Shown here in pieces: positions 1 to 7,890 of a stretch of 35,237 nt of DNA (the first letter of the stretch is position 1; the number at the start of each line of letters is the position of its first letter). A program made the translations under genes and the position numbers. Location of the stretch: assembly GCA_903953065.1 (NCBI GenBank), contig CAJBIG010000075.1, positions 1 through 35,237 on the forward strand. Direction: 5' to 3'. The stretch comes from an uncultured Solirubrobacterales bacterium. Its GTDB lineage: Bacteria > Actinomycetota > Thermoleophilia > Solirubrobacterales > Solirubrobacteraceae. Below the pieces are notes generated by a model. The model was not told where the DNA came from. It searched no databases and worked only from the letters and a program-made list of their open reading frames with translations.

Positions 1-332
1 CCGAGGCGCTGCTCGCCGCCGACTTAGTCGTGTCGCGCGCCGGTGGTTCGGTCTTTGAGATCGCCGCAGCAGGCCGGCCGGCAATCTTGGTTCCATACCC
101 GCACGCAGCGGCCGACCATCAGGCAGGCAACGCTCGCTGGATGGAGCAGGCCGGCGCGGCAACGGTCCTTGACGACGGAGCTTTAAGCGGAGCGCGCCTC
201 GCGGACGAAGTTGGTCGCCTTCTCGCCGACCCGCCGCTACTGGCGCAGATGGCGCGCGCCTCTGCCGCGATTGCGCGCCCGGACGCGACCGGCGCAGTAG
301 AGGCTGAGCTGCGGGCCGCAGGGGGCGAGTGA
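1..332 (+). CDS. murG: UDP-N-acetylglucosamine--N-acetylmuramyl-(pentapeptide) pyrophosphoryl-undecaprenol GlcNAc transferase MurG, C-terminal fragment (5' end lies outside the window; reading frame is phase 3)
   Basis: The frame stays open to the window edge. The translation ...DLVVSRAGGSVFEIAAAGRPAILVPYPHAAADHQAGNARWM matches the conserved MurG C-terminal donor-binding segment (RAG..T..E, P.ilvP.p...d.HQ..NA). It sits immediately upstream of murC, as in dcw clusters. Confidence 0.85.
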   Translation, partial: EALLAADLVVSRAGGSVFEIAAAGRPAILVPYPHAAADHQAGNARWMEQAGAATVLDDGALSGARLADEVGRLLADPPLLAQMARASAAIARPDATGAVEAELRAAGGE

Positions 333-1678
333 TGGTTGACTCGGCAGACTGGAGTTCGCGACAGCTTCACTTCGTTGGAATCGGTGGAGCCGGAATGAGC
401 GGCTGGGCCAGCGTTGCGGCCGATCTTGGCGCGGCGGTCAGCGGCAGTGACGCTGCCGACTCGCCGACGTTGGCCGCGCTGCGCGCGCAAGGAATCGGAG
501 CTCACGCCGGTCACGCCATCAGCAACCTGCCAAGCGGTGGTAACACTGAGCTCGTTCGTTCGAGCGCTATCCCAGACTCCAACCCTGAGCTGGCCGCTGC
601 TCGCGAGCGCGGCCTACGTGTGATGGAACGGGCTGAGCTGTTGGCCGAGCTGACGGCTCTGCGTCGGACGATCGCAGTCGCAGGCGCGCACGGCAAGACG
701 ACGACCACGAGCATGGTCGCGCAGGTCTTGATCGAGTGCGGGCTCGACCCCGGTTACCTGATCGGCGGCGAGCTGCGCAGCAGCGGCCGCAACGCAGCGT
801 GGGGGAGCGGCGAGTGGCTGATTGTCGAAGCTGACGAGTCGGACCGTTCGATGCTGTCGCTCAATGTCGAGGTGGCCGTGGTAACGAACGTTGAGCTCGA
901 CCACCACGCCAACTATCGATCTCTGGCTGAGCTGCGCGAAGTCTTCCGAAGCTTTCTCAGCCGGCCGTCACACGCGGTCATGCCTGATCTTCCCGAGCTG
1001 CTCGAGCTGCGCGGCGAGATGCCTGTTATCGCCTTCAACGTCGACGCGCTCGAGCTTAGGCCTGGTGGATCGAGCTTTCAGTGGCGCGGAGAGCAGGTCA
1101 CGCTGAGCGTTCCGGGGGCGCACAATGCAGCCAACGCAGTCGCGGCGCTGGAATCGGCGCTGTTGGCCGGGGTCGAACCGGGTGAAGCTGCGCGAGCGAT
1201 CAAATCGTTCAGCGGCGCTGGCCGGCGCTTTGAAGAGCTCGGACGCAGCGAATCCGGCGCGCTGATAATCGACGACTACGCCCACCACCCGACCGAGGTT
1301 GCGGCGACGATTGCGGCCGCACGGACGCTCGGTTCGAAGCGCGTAGTGGCCGTCTTCCAGCCGCATCTCTTTTCCCGCACCGAGAGGCTGGCTGCGGAGT
1401 TTGGCCGCGCGCTCGCGGCCGCCGACGTTGTCTGCGTGCTTGACGTATACGAAGCTCGCGAGAAGCCAGAGGACTTTCCTGGAGTAGATGGACGCTTGAT
1501 TGCGGCCGCCGCGGCCGACGCTGCCGGCGGCAAAGAGGTGCTGTGGCTTCCGAATTTCAGCGAAGCGCTCACGCAGCTCAACTTGCTCCTACGCGCCGGT
1601 GACAGCTGCCTAATTCTCGGCGCTGGCGACGTCCGCAGCCTCGGCGAAGATCTCGTTGTTGAGCCGAGCAGCCGATAA
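329..1678 (+). CDS. murC: UDP-N-acetylmuramate--L-alanine ligase MurC
   Basis: 449-aa ORF. N-terminal Rossmann motif HFVGIGGAGMSG, Mur-ligase P-loop GAHGKTTTTSM and DDYAHHPTE motif. GTG329/ATG332 overlaps the murG stop (TGA 330-332). Confidence 0.93.
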   Translation: MMVDSADWSSRQLHFVGIGGAGMSGWASVAADLGAAVSGSDAADSPTLAALRAQGIGAHAGHAISNLPSGGNTELVRSSAIPDSNPELAAARERGLRVMERAELLAELTALRRTIAVAGAHGKTTTTSMVAQVLIECGLDPGYLIGGELRSSGRNAAWGSGEWLIVEADESDRSMLSLNVEVAVVTNVELDHHANYRSLAELREVFRSFLSRPSHAVMPDLPELLELRGEMPVIAFNVDALELRPGGSSFQWRGEQVTLSVPGAHNAANAVAALESALLAGVEPGEAARAIKSFSGAGRRFEELGRSESGALIIDDYAHHPTEVAATIAAARTLGSKRVVAVFQPHLFSRTERLAAEFGRALAAADVVCVLDVYEAREKPEDFPGVDGRLIAAAAADAAGGKEVLWLPNFSEALTQLNLLLRAGDSCLILGAGDVRSLGEDLVVEPSSR

Positions 1679-1715
1679 TGAAGGAGAGAAGCCCCCGCGC
1701 GCGAAAAAGGGCTTG

Positions 1716-2501
1716 ATGCCCAGTTGGCCGACCGCGTTTGAGCGCGCGCCCAGATTCTCAGCAATGCCGCGGCTGCGGCGTCCATCGCTGACAGTTGTCG
1801 TCTCGCTTTTGGTTGCCACTGCATTTCTGCTCGGTGGTTGGGTTTGGCTTCGGGACTCTTCGCTCGTGGCGGTCGAGAACGTAACGGTTACCGGTGCAAG
1901 CGGCCTCGGCGCCCCGGCGGTGCGATCGTCTCTGACCGGTGCCGCCCAGCAGATGACCACACTCAACGTCGATCGAAGCGCGCTGAACGCGGCCGTCGCC
2001 CGCTTCCCGCTGGTGAAGGGCATCAGCGTCAAGACCAGTTTCCCGCACGGGATGGCAATTGTCGTCCACGAGCGCCGGCCGGTAGCCGCGCTGGTGGGGC
2101 CTGGAGGCACGCTGGCGGTCGCCGCTGACGGAGTTATTCTCACCGGCACTCCGAGCAGCAATCTGCCGGTTATCCCGGTCACGAGCCTCGTGCGCGGCAA
2201 ACGCGTCGCCGACGGCGCTACGGCATCAGAGGTGAACCTGATTGCGCTCGCGCCGCAACGTCTGCGTGGCGAAGTGACAGAGGTCACGACGCGGGATCAA
2301 GGGCTCGTCGCCACACTGCGCGGCGGCCTGCTGCTGCGCTTTGGAGACAGCAATCGGCTGGCGGCGAAGTGGGTTGCGGCCGAGCGCGTTCTTCAAGATC
2401 CCCAAGCGGCCGGCGCTGGCTACATCGATCTCTCGATTCCAGAGCGGCCAGCCTCTGGGGTGCTAACAACCGACGCTTCAGCGGAGCCCGCTGAGCAATG
2501 A
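1716..2501 (+). CDS. ftsQ: Cell division protein FtsQ/DivIB (single N-terminal TM helix plus POTRA domain)
   Basis: One TM helix (LTVVVSLLVATAFLLGGWVWL) followed by a POTRA-like VAVENVTVTGAS segment. Located between murC and ftsZ. The start is uncertain: TTG 1656, ATG 1716 (AAAGGG a few nt upstream) or ATG 1764. Confidence 0.8.
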   Translation: MPSWPTAFERAPRFSAMPRLRRPSLTVVVSLLVATAFLLGGWVWLRDSSLVAVENVTVTGASGLGAPAVRSSLTGAAQQMTTLNVDRSALNAAVARFPLVKGISVKTSFPHGMAIVVHERRPVAALVGPGGTLAVAADGVILTGTPSSNLPVIPVTSLVRGKRVADGATASEVNLIALAPQRLRGEVTEVTTRDQGLVATLRGGLLLRFGDSNRLAAKWVAAERVLQDPQAAGAGYIDLSIPERPASGVLTTDASAEPAEQ

Positions 2502-2704
2502 GCGAAACCGACTCTAAAGTAGAAGGTAAGGGTTATTTGCATACCAAGACTCAACCCGTACTTGAGGGTTTTCGGCTGCAAGAGGCGTTGCTTCCCTAGA
2601 CTCTCGTTGACAAGGGGCGCATTCACTGCCACCGTGACGTTCGTTCGTCGGCAGAAACTGACGCCGAAACAGCACAACGATAAATCGAGGGTCGGACAAG
2701 ATCT
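2502..2704 (+). promoter_or_regulatory. ftsQ-ftsZ intergenic region; probable ftsZ promoter(s) and 5' leader
   Basis: This is the largest non-coding gap in the window (203 bp). GC is about 52% by hand count, against visibly higher GC in the flanking genes. It contains a perfect TTGACA (2607-2612), TAGACT (2597-2602) and an AT-rich GATAAAT (2679-2685). No convincing -35/-10 pair with canonical spacing could be fixed. Confidence 0.4.
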
Positions 2705-3796
2705 ATGACTGACTATCAAGCCGGTAGCTATCTCGCAGTGATCAAGGTCGTCGGAGTCGGCGGCGGAGGAACCAACGCTGTCAACCGTATGGTTGACGCT
2801 GGCCTTCGCGGCGTCGAGTTCATCGCCAGCAACACTGACGCTCAGGCGCTTGATGCCTGTGACGCCGACATCAAGCTCAATATTGGTCACGAATTGACTC
2901 GCGGCCTTGGCGCTGGCGCAGACCCTCAAGTTGGATTCGGAGCTGCTGCCGAATCGCGCGATGACATCAAAGAGGCGCTGAAGGGCGCCGACATGGTCTT
3001 CGTCACGGCAGGAGAAGGCGGCGGTACCGGCACAGGCGCCGCCCCCGTGATCGCAGAGATCGCTAAATCGGAGATCGGCGCGCTGACGGTAGGAGTCGTT
3101 ACGCGGCCGTTCGAATTCGAAGGCGCGCAGCGCATGCGCGCCGCCGACGAAGGGATCGCACGCCTGCGAGAGGTTGTTGACACGCTGATCGTGATTCCGA
3201 ACGAGCGCCTGCTCGCAACGGTCGAGAAGCGCACGACGGTCCTTGAAGCCTTCCGTGAGGCCGACAACGTGCTTCGTCAAGGCGTTCAGGGCATCACCGA
3301 CCTGATCACGATCCCCGGGCTGATCAACCTCGACTTCGCCGATGTGCGGACCGTTATGTCAGATGCCGGCTCGGCAATGATGGGAATTGGTGCCTCGACC
3401 GGCGAATCTCGCGCTGTCGACGCAGCCCAGGCAGCTATCGAAAGTCCACTTCTTGAGGACACAATCGAGGGCGCGACCGGAATTCTTCTGAACATCACCG
3501 GCGGCAGTGAGCTGGGACTCTTTGAAGTCAACGATGCGGCCGAGATCGTCCACTCGGCAGCCGACAAGAACGCCAACATCATCTTCGGCGCCGTGCTCGA
3601 CGAATCGATGGGTGAAGAGGTCCGCGTGACCGTTATCGCCACCGGCTTCGATCAGGCGTCGGGACGCAGTCGTCCGCGCTCTGCGCGTGCAGATGCGAGC
3701 GATCGGGCGCCGAGGCGAGACCGCTCGCCGCGGCCGCTGGCGTCGGACACGAAGATCAGCGACGACGATCTCGATATTCCCGCGTTCTTGAAGTAG
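2705..3796 (+). CDS. ftsZ: Cell division GTPase FtsZ
   Basis: 363 aa. Tubulin signature [18 protein letters not shown]-terminal [15 protein letters not shown], a disordered Arg/Pro/Ser linker and the conserved C-terminal peptide [11 protein letters not shown]. Confidence 0.97.
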   Translation: MTDYQAGSYLAVIKVVGVGGGGTNAVNRMVDAGLRGVEFIASNTDAQALDACDADIKLNIGHELTRGLGAGADPQVGFGAAAESRDDIKEALKGADMVFVTAGEGGGTGTGAAPVIAEIAKSEIGALTVGVVTRPFEFEGAQRMRAADEGIARLREVVDTLIVIPNERLLATVEKRTTVLEAFREADNVLRQGVQGITDLITIPGLINLDFADVRTVMSDAGSAMMGIGASTGESRAVDAAQAAIESPLLEDTIEGATGILLNITGGSELGLFEVNDAAEIVHSAADKNANIIFGAVLDESMGEEVRVTVIATGFDQASGRSRPRSARADASDRAPRRDRSPRPLASDTKISDDDLDIPAFLK

Positions 3797-3809
3797 CGTT
3801 CGGCGGGCT

Positions 3810-4196
3810 ATGGCCGAAGGCAGCTACCCGGAGCAGCTCCTTTATCACCCTGAGCACGGCTGGGCGCGGCTGGACAATGAGCTGGCCACGCTCGGGATCA
3901 GCTGGTTTGCCCAGGACGCGCTCGGAGAGGTCGTTTTCTTCGATCCTCCGCAGGTTGGCTCTGCCGTCGTTGCCGGTGAATCGTACGGTGAGGTTGAGTC
4001 GTTGAAGGCGATTAGCGAGCTGATCGCGCCGCTCAGCGGCGAAGTGGTCGAGGTCAACGATGCACTGGCGGCCGATGCCGAGCTGATTAACGCAGAGCCT
4101 TACGGAGCCGGATGGTTGATCAAGATTCGGCTATCGGATAGCGCCGAGACCGATCTGCTGCTCGGCGCCGACGCCTACGAGGCGACGATCGCATAG
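3810..4196 (+). CDS. gcvH: Glycine cleavage system H protein / lipoyl carrier protein
   Basis: 128 aa. EHGWARL..., lipoyl-lysine motif GEVESLKAISE and C-terminal PYGAGWLIKIRL, all typical of GcvH. Confidence 0.9.
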   Translation: MAEGSYPEQLLYHPEHGWARLDNELATLGISWFAQDALGEVVFFDPPQVGSAVVAGESYGEVESLKAISELIAPLSGEVVEVNDALAADAELINAEPYGAGWLIKIRLSDSAETDLLLGADAYEATIA

Positions 4197-4242
4197 ATAG
4201 CCAAGGGCTAAACCGTCCGCTTCGCCGGTAGCCTCGCTCTAC

Positions 4243-5262
4243 ATGCGCATCTTCTCTGGAATCCAGCCGACCGGCCGGAAACACCTCGGCAACTACATCG
4301 GCGCTATCCGTCAATACGTTGATGGGCAGGAACGCGCCGCGCAGGAAGATGGGCTCGCGATCTTCTGCATCGTCGACCTGCACGCGATCACGGTTCCCTA
4401 TGACCCGGCCGAGCTGCGCCAGCGCACCTACGACACAGCGGCGCTGCTGATTGCCGCAGGCCTCGATCCAAACAGCTGCATTCTGTTCCGCCAGTCCGAT
4501 GTGCCCGAACAGACTGAGCTCTGCTGGCTGCTGTCCTCGGTCACCGCCCACGGCGACCTAAACCGGATGCATCAGTTCAAAGAGAAGTCCGAGGTGCAGC
4601 GCGAGCTGATCTCAGCCGGGCTCTTCTTCTACCCGGTTCTCCAGGCCGCCGACGTGCTCGCATACCGCTGCGACGAAGTGCCGGTCGGAGAAGACCAACG
4701 CCAGCACATCGAACTGATGCGTGACATCGCCGACCGCTTCAATGCCCGCTTTGCTCCCGACGGCGAGATCTTGGTGACGCCTGAACACCGGATCCCCGAA
4801 GTAGGCGCGCGAATCATGGACCTCCAAGACCCTGATTCGAAAATGTCAACAACGGCCGCCTCCGAAGAGGGAACGATCTACGTGCTCGACGAGCCCGAGA
4901 TGATCAAACGGAAGCTGAACAGGGCGGTTACCGATTCAGATGACCCGCCCGTGATCGCCGTCGATCCAGGCAAGCGCGGCGTAAGCAACCTGCTCGACAT
5001 CCTCGCCGCCTGCAAAGGGATCACGCCCGACGAGGCCGCCGCCGAGCTCGCTGACGCTCGTGGCTACGGCGATCTCAAAGCCGCAGTCAGTGACGCTGTG
5101 ATTGAGATGCTGGCGCCGGTTCGAGAACGCTACGAGCAGCTTCGGGGCGACGAAGCTGCGCTCGAGGCGATCCTGCTCCGCGGCGCTGAGCAGGCGCGCG
5201 AAATCGCCTCCGTCACGCTCGGCGACGTGCGCGGGGCGATGGGCGTAGGCCCTGTGGCCTGA
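4243..5262 (+). CDS. trpS: Tryptophan--tRNA ligase
   Basis: 339 aa. N-terminal FSGIQPTGRKHLGNYIGAI (class I HIGH-type motif of TrpRS), VPVGEDQRQHIELMRDIA, and a KMSKS-loop variant KMSTT. Confidence 0.93.
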   Translation: MRIFSGIQPTGRKHLGNYIGAIRQYVDGQERAAQEDGLAIFCIVDLHAITVPYDPAELRQRTYDTAALLIAAGLDPNSCILFRQSDVPEQTELCWLLSSVTAHGDLNRMHQFKEKSEVQRELISAGLFFYPVLQAADVLAYRCDEVPVGEDQRQHIELMRDIADRFNARFAPDGEILVTPEHRIPEVGARIMDLQDPDSKMSTTAASEEGTIYVLDEPEMIKRKLNRAVTDSDDPPVIAVDPGKRGVSNLLDILAACKGITPDEAAAELADARGYGDLKAAVSDAVIEMLAPVRERYEQLRGDEAALEAILLRGAEQAREIASVTLGDVRGAMGVGPVA

Positions 5263-5267
5263 GAGAA

Positions 5268-6422
5268 GTGAACCGTCGGCTCGTAATCCTTGTTGGATCG
5301 GTCGTCCTGCTTGACACGCTCTTCTACGCCGCTCTAGCGCCGCTGCTGCCCTCGCTCTCCGAGCAGTTTGGCCTCGACAAAGGCGGCGCCGGGCTACTCG
5401 TTGGCATCTATCCACTCGGTACCTTTCTCGGCGCGATCCCGGCCGGCTGGGCAACGGCACGCTTCGGCCCGCGTTCGACAGTTCTGGTCTCACTTGCTGT
5501 GATGGCGGCTGCAGCTCTCGTCTTCGCGTTCGGCCAAACGATCGAGATGCTCTACGCAGGGCGCTTCCTGCAGGGCTTGGCCGGCGCCGCGTCGTGGACC
5601 GCCGGCCTTGCGTGGCTGGCGCAGGGCACAAGCCGCGCACGGCGCGGCGAGGCGCTCGGGTTTGGCATTGGCGCCGGTGTCGTCGGCGCGCAAATGGGTC
5701 CCGTGTTGGGGTCGGTCGCGCACTTGATCGGTCGCGGCCCGGCCTTTGCGGCCACTGCGCTGGCGGCTGTCGTCATCGCCGCCGTTGCGGCTCGAACGCC
5801 GGAACCGCACGTTGCTGAGGAGACGACGCGAGCTTCGCCGCTGGTTCTTCTGCGCAGTAGTCGCTATCTAGTCGCGCTGATGATTTTCATAATTCCGTCG
5901 CTTGCTTTCGGCGTGATCGAAGTGCTGGTTCCGCTGAGACTCAACGTGCTGGGCGCCAGCGCTGAGCTGATCGGCCTGATCTTCTTCCTCGCTGGGACAG
6001 TTGAGGCCGTCGTAAGCCCGATTGTTGGGCGACTGAGCGACAAGATCGGTGTGCTGCGAATTGTCCGTGTTGGCCTCTTCCTGGCCGCCGCGCTGTTGCT
6101 GTCTCTCTTCTTCCCAACAAGCGTGATCATGTTGGCGCTCGCGTTGATCCTCTGCTCGGCTGCGATCGGAATCCTCTGGGTACCGGCCGGCAAGTTGATC
6201 TCGCTGGCAGCCGAGCAGCTCGAGGTCGATCAAGGATGGGCATTTGCGATCCAGAACAGCACCTGGTCTCTCGCGATTGGTGCCGGAGCCACGCTTGGCG
6301 GTCTTTTGGCCGCGATTGGAGGCGACCTTCTCGCATACAGCGCGGCCGCAGCGCTCTGCGTTCTGATTGGAATAGTGATGTTGGGGCGCCGACCGGCCGC
6401 CGCTGTAACTTTCGAGCCGTGA
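5268..6422 (+). CDS. MFS transporter (substrate unknown)
   Basis: 384 aa with about 12 hydrophobic helices. MFS-like loop motif (GWATARFGPRS, then GRLSDKIG in the second half). GTG start 5 nt after the trpS stop. Confidence 0.8.
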   Translation: MNRRLVILVGSVVLLDTLFYAALAPLLPSLSEQFGLDKGGAGLLVGIYPLGTFLGAIPAGWATARFGPRSTVLVSLAVMAAAALVFAFGQTIEMLYAGRFLQGLAGAASWTAGLAWLAQGTSRARRGEALGFGIGAGVVGAQMGPVLGSVAHLIGRGPAFAATALAAVVIAAVAARTPEPHVAEETTRASPLVLLRSSRYLVALMIFIIPSLAFGVIEVLVPLRLNVLGASAELIGLIFFLAGTVEAVVSPIVGRLSDKIGVLRIVRVGLFLAAALLLSLFFPTSVIMLALALILCSAAIGILWVPAGKLISLAAEQLEVDQGWAFAIQNSTWSLAIGAGATLGGLLAAIGGDLLAYSAAAALCVLIGIVMLGRRPAAAVTFEP

Positions 6423-7180
6423 TTGCTGCTGAGATTGAGCTCGACCTCGAGCTCTTCACGGGTCCGTTTGACCTGCTGCTGACGCTCGTACTGCGCGAGG
6501 AAGTTGATCTGCTCGATCTGGATCTCGCCGAAATCGTCGTCTCGTACATCGATGTGCTTGAGGCGCGCGGTGAACTTGACCTTGAGATGGCGACCGAGTT
6601 CATCGTGCTGATCGCGGCTCTGCTCGAACTTAAGTCGCGACTGATGCTGTCGGCCGGTGAGGTCGACGAGCTTGGAGATCTTGAGCCCGGAGAGGCGGCC
6701 GAGGAGCTGCTCGCGCGAATGCTCGACGCGCGCCGCTACCGCCAGGCTGCCGACCATCTCGCGGAGTTGCTCGGCGAGCAACGCGGCTATCACTACCGCG
6801 AAGCGCCGCTACCCGGTTTTATCAAGCAGGTCACGCTCCAGAAAGCCGAGAAGGTGTACGCCGCCAGTCAGCTCGGCGAGGCGATCGGCGGCTTGCTTCG
6901 CACCCCGCCTCAGATCTCGCTGGCTCACCTGCGGACGTCTTCGGTCACGGTTCCGTCGCGCCTCGCGCACCTGCGCAAGATTCTGCTGCGCGGCTCCTGC
7001 TCGTTCGATGAAGCGGTGGCTGGGGCCGACAGGATGACTGTTGCCGTAACGCTCTTCGCGCTGCTCGAGCTTTACAAGCAAGGGGAGGCGACCTGGGACC
7101 AGTCGGCACCGTTTGCGCCGATCACAATCGCGGCCGTCGAGCAGACGCAGCGTCCATATCTGATTCAAGGAGCTGCATGA
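6419..7180 (+). CDS. scpA: Segregation and condensation protein A (kleisin ScpA)
   Basis: The conserved N-terminus LELFTGPFDLLLTLVLREEVDL begins right after GTG 6419, which overlaps the MFS stop (GTGA). The upstream part of the track ORF (6236-) lies inside the MFS gene and is not ScpA-like. Confidence 0.85.
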   Translation: MIAAEIELDLELFTGPFDLLLTLVLREEVDLLDLDLAEIVVSYIDVLEARGELDLEMATEFIVLIAALLELKSRLMLSAGEVDELGDLEPGEAAEELLARMLDARRYRQAADHLAELLGEQRGYHYREAPLPGFIKQVTLQKAEKVYAASQLGEAIGGLLRTPPQISLAHLRTSSVTVPSRLAHLRKILLRGSCSFDEAVAGADRMTVAVTLFALLELYKQGEATWDQSAPFAPITIAAVEQTQRPYLIQGAA

Positions 7181-7890
7181 ATCAGCCCGCGAAGATGATC
7201 GAGGCGCTGCTCTTCGTCAGCCCGCAGCCGGTCAATGAGGCCGAACTGGCCGAGGCAATCGGCTGTGAACTCGAGGACGTCAGCGCGGGGCTGGAGGAGC
7301 TCGCTCTGGCTTGGGCTGAAGGCGAGCGCGGGCTGGTGCTCAAGAACGTTGCCGGCGGCTACACGCTGGCCAGTGCGCCTGAGAACGACGAAGCAGCACG
7401 CCGCTTGCTTTCGAAGCCGCGCACGCCGCCGCTTACGCCGGCCCAGGCCGAGACGTTGGCGATCGTCGCCTACCTGCAGCCGGTCTCGCGGCCCGAGATC
7501 ACGAGGATCCGCGGAGTCAGCGCCGACTCCGCGAGCGGCACGCTGCTTGAGCGCGGCCTGATCGAGGAATCCGGTCGCTCTCAGTTCGGTGCGATCTGCT
7601 TCCGCACGACCGATCTGTTCCTGCGCCTATTCGGGCTCAGCTCGATCGGAGAGCTGCCTCCAATCTCTGAATGGGACCCAAGTCCCGAGGAGCAATCCGA
7701 TCTGCGCGAGCGCCTGATGGCGGCCGGTGGTGCGCGGCTTGGAGAGTCACCTACAGCCGATGGTGCTGACGCTGCGCAGGAAGCGCTGCCGCAGGTCGAA
7801 GGCGAAGCCGAATCAGGCGAGAGCGCCGAGCCCCGCGAAGCCGGCGATTCAGACGGCGATCAGCCGGCCAACGCGTTCGCAGCCAACTGA
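7177..7890 (+). CDS. scpB: Segregation and condensation protein B (ScpB) with an acidic low-complexity tail
   Basis: IEALLFVSPQPV and LAIVAYLQPVSRPEITRIRGV winged-helix motifs. ATGA overlap with the scpA stop. Confidence 0.85.
   Translation: MNQPAKMIEALLFVSPQPVNEAELAEAIGCELEDVSAGLEELALAWAEGERGLVLKNVAGGYTLASAPENDEAARRLLSKPRTPPLTPAQAETLAIVAYLQPVSRPEITRIRGVSADSASGTLLERGLIEESGRSQFGAICFRTTDLFLRLFGLSSIGELPPISEWDPSPEEQSDLRERLMAAGGARLGESPTADGADAAQEALPQVEGEAESGESAEPREAGDSDGDQPANAFAAN

Noticed and set aside
2514-2699. 61-aa minus-strand ORF filling the ftsQ-ftsZ spacer, considered as a real gene.
   Set aside because: It has a TTG start, no ribosome-binding site that I could see, lower third-position GC than real genes here, and no recognisable motif apart from one CxxC. 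It is kept only as a note inside the ftsZ-leader finding.
3110-3121. 12-bp palindrome TTCGAATTCGAA in ftsZ. There are also 10-bp palindromes at 22388-22397 (CGCAATTGCG) and 35160-35169 (TCGCTAGCGA).
   Set aside because: Their length is within the chance expectation for this window size (several 12-bp or shorter palindromes expected). The first encodes the conserved FtsZ peptide FEFE.
2420-3280. 286-aa ORF antisense to ftsZ. Similar long antisense or alternative-frame ORFs occur elsewhere, for example 4936-5640(-), 17639-18376(-), 25090-25998(-), 32029-33042(-), 10676-11197(-) and 30055-30606(-).
   Set aside because: Each lies entirely opposite or out of frame to a gene with unmistakable conserved motifs. 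Their translations are Arg/Ala/Pro/Ser-rich low-complexity strings, typical of stop-codon-poor high-GC DNA. None shows a recognisable domain.
6236-6418. N-terminal extension of the scpA track ORF (ATG 6236) overlapping the MFS gene by 187 nt.
   Set aside because: The extension (MGICDPEQHLVSRDWCRSHAW...) is not ScpA-like and lies within the last TM helices of the MFS transporter. GTG 6419 gives the canonical ScpA N-terminus.
6437-6454. Inverted repeat GAGCTCGA-CC-TCGAGCTC at the 5' end of scpA.
   Set aside because: With 8-bp arms and a short spacer, several such repeats are expected by chance in 35 kb. It also simply encodes the repetitive peptide ELDLEL.
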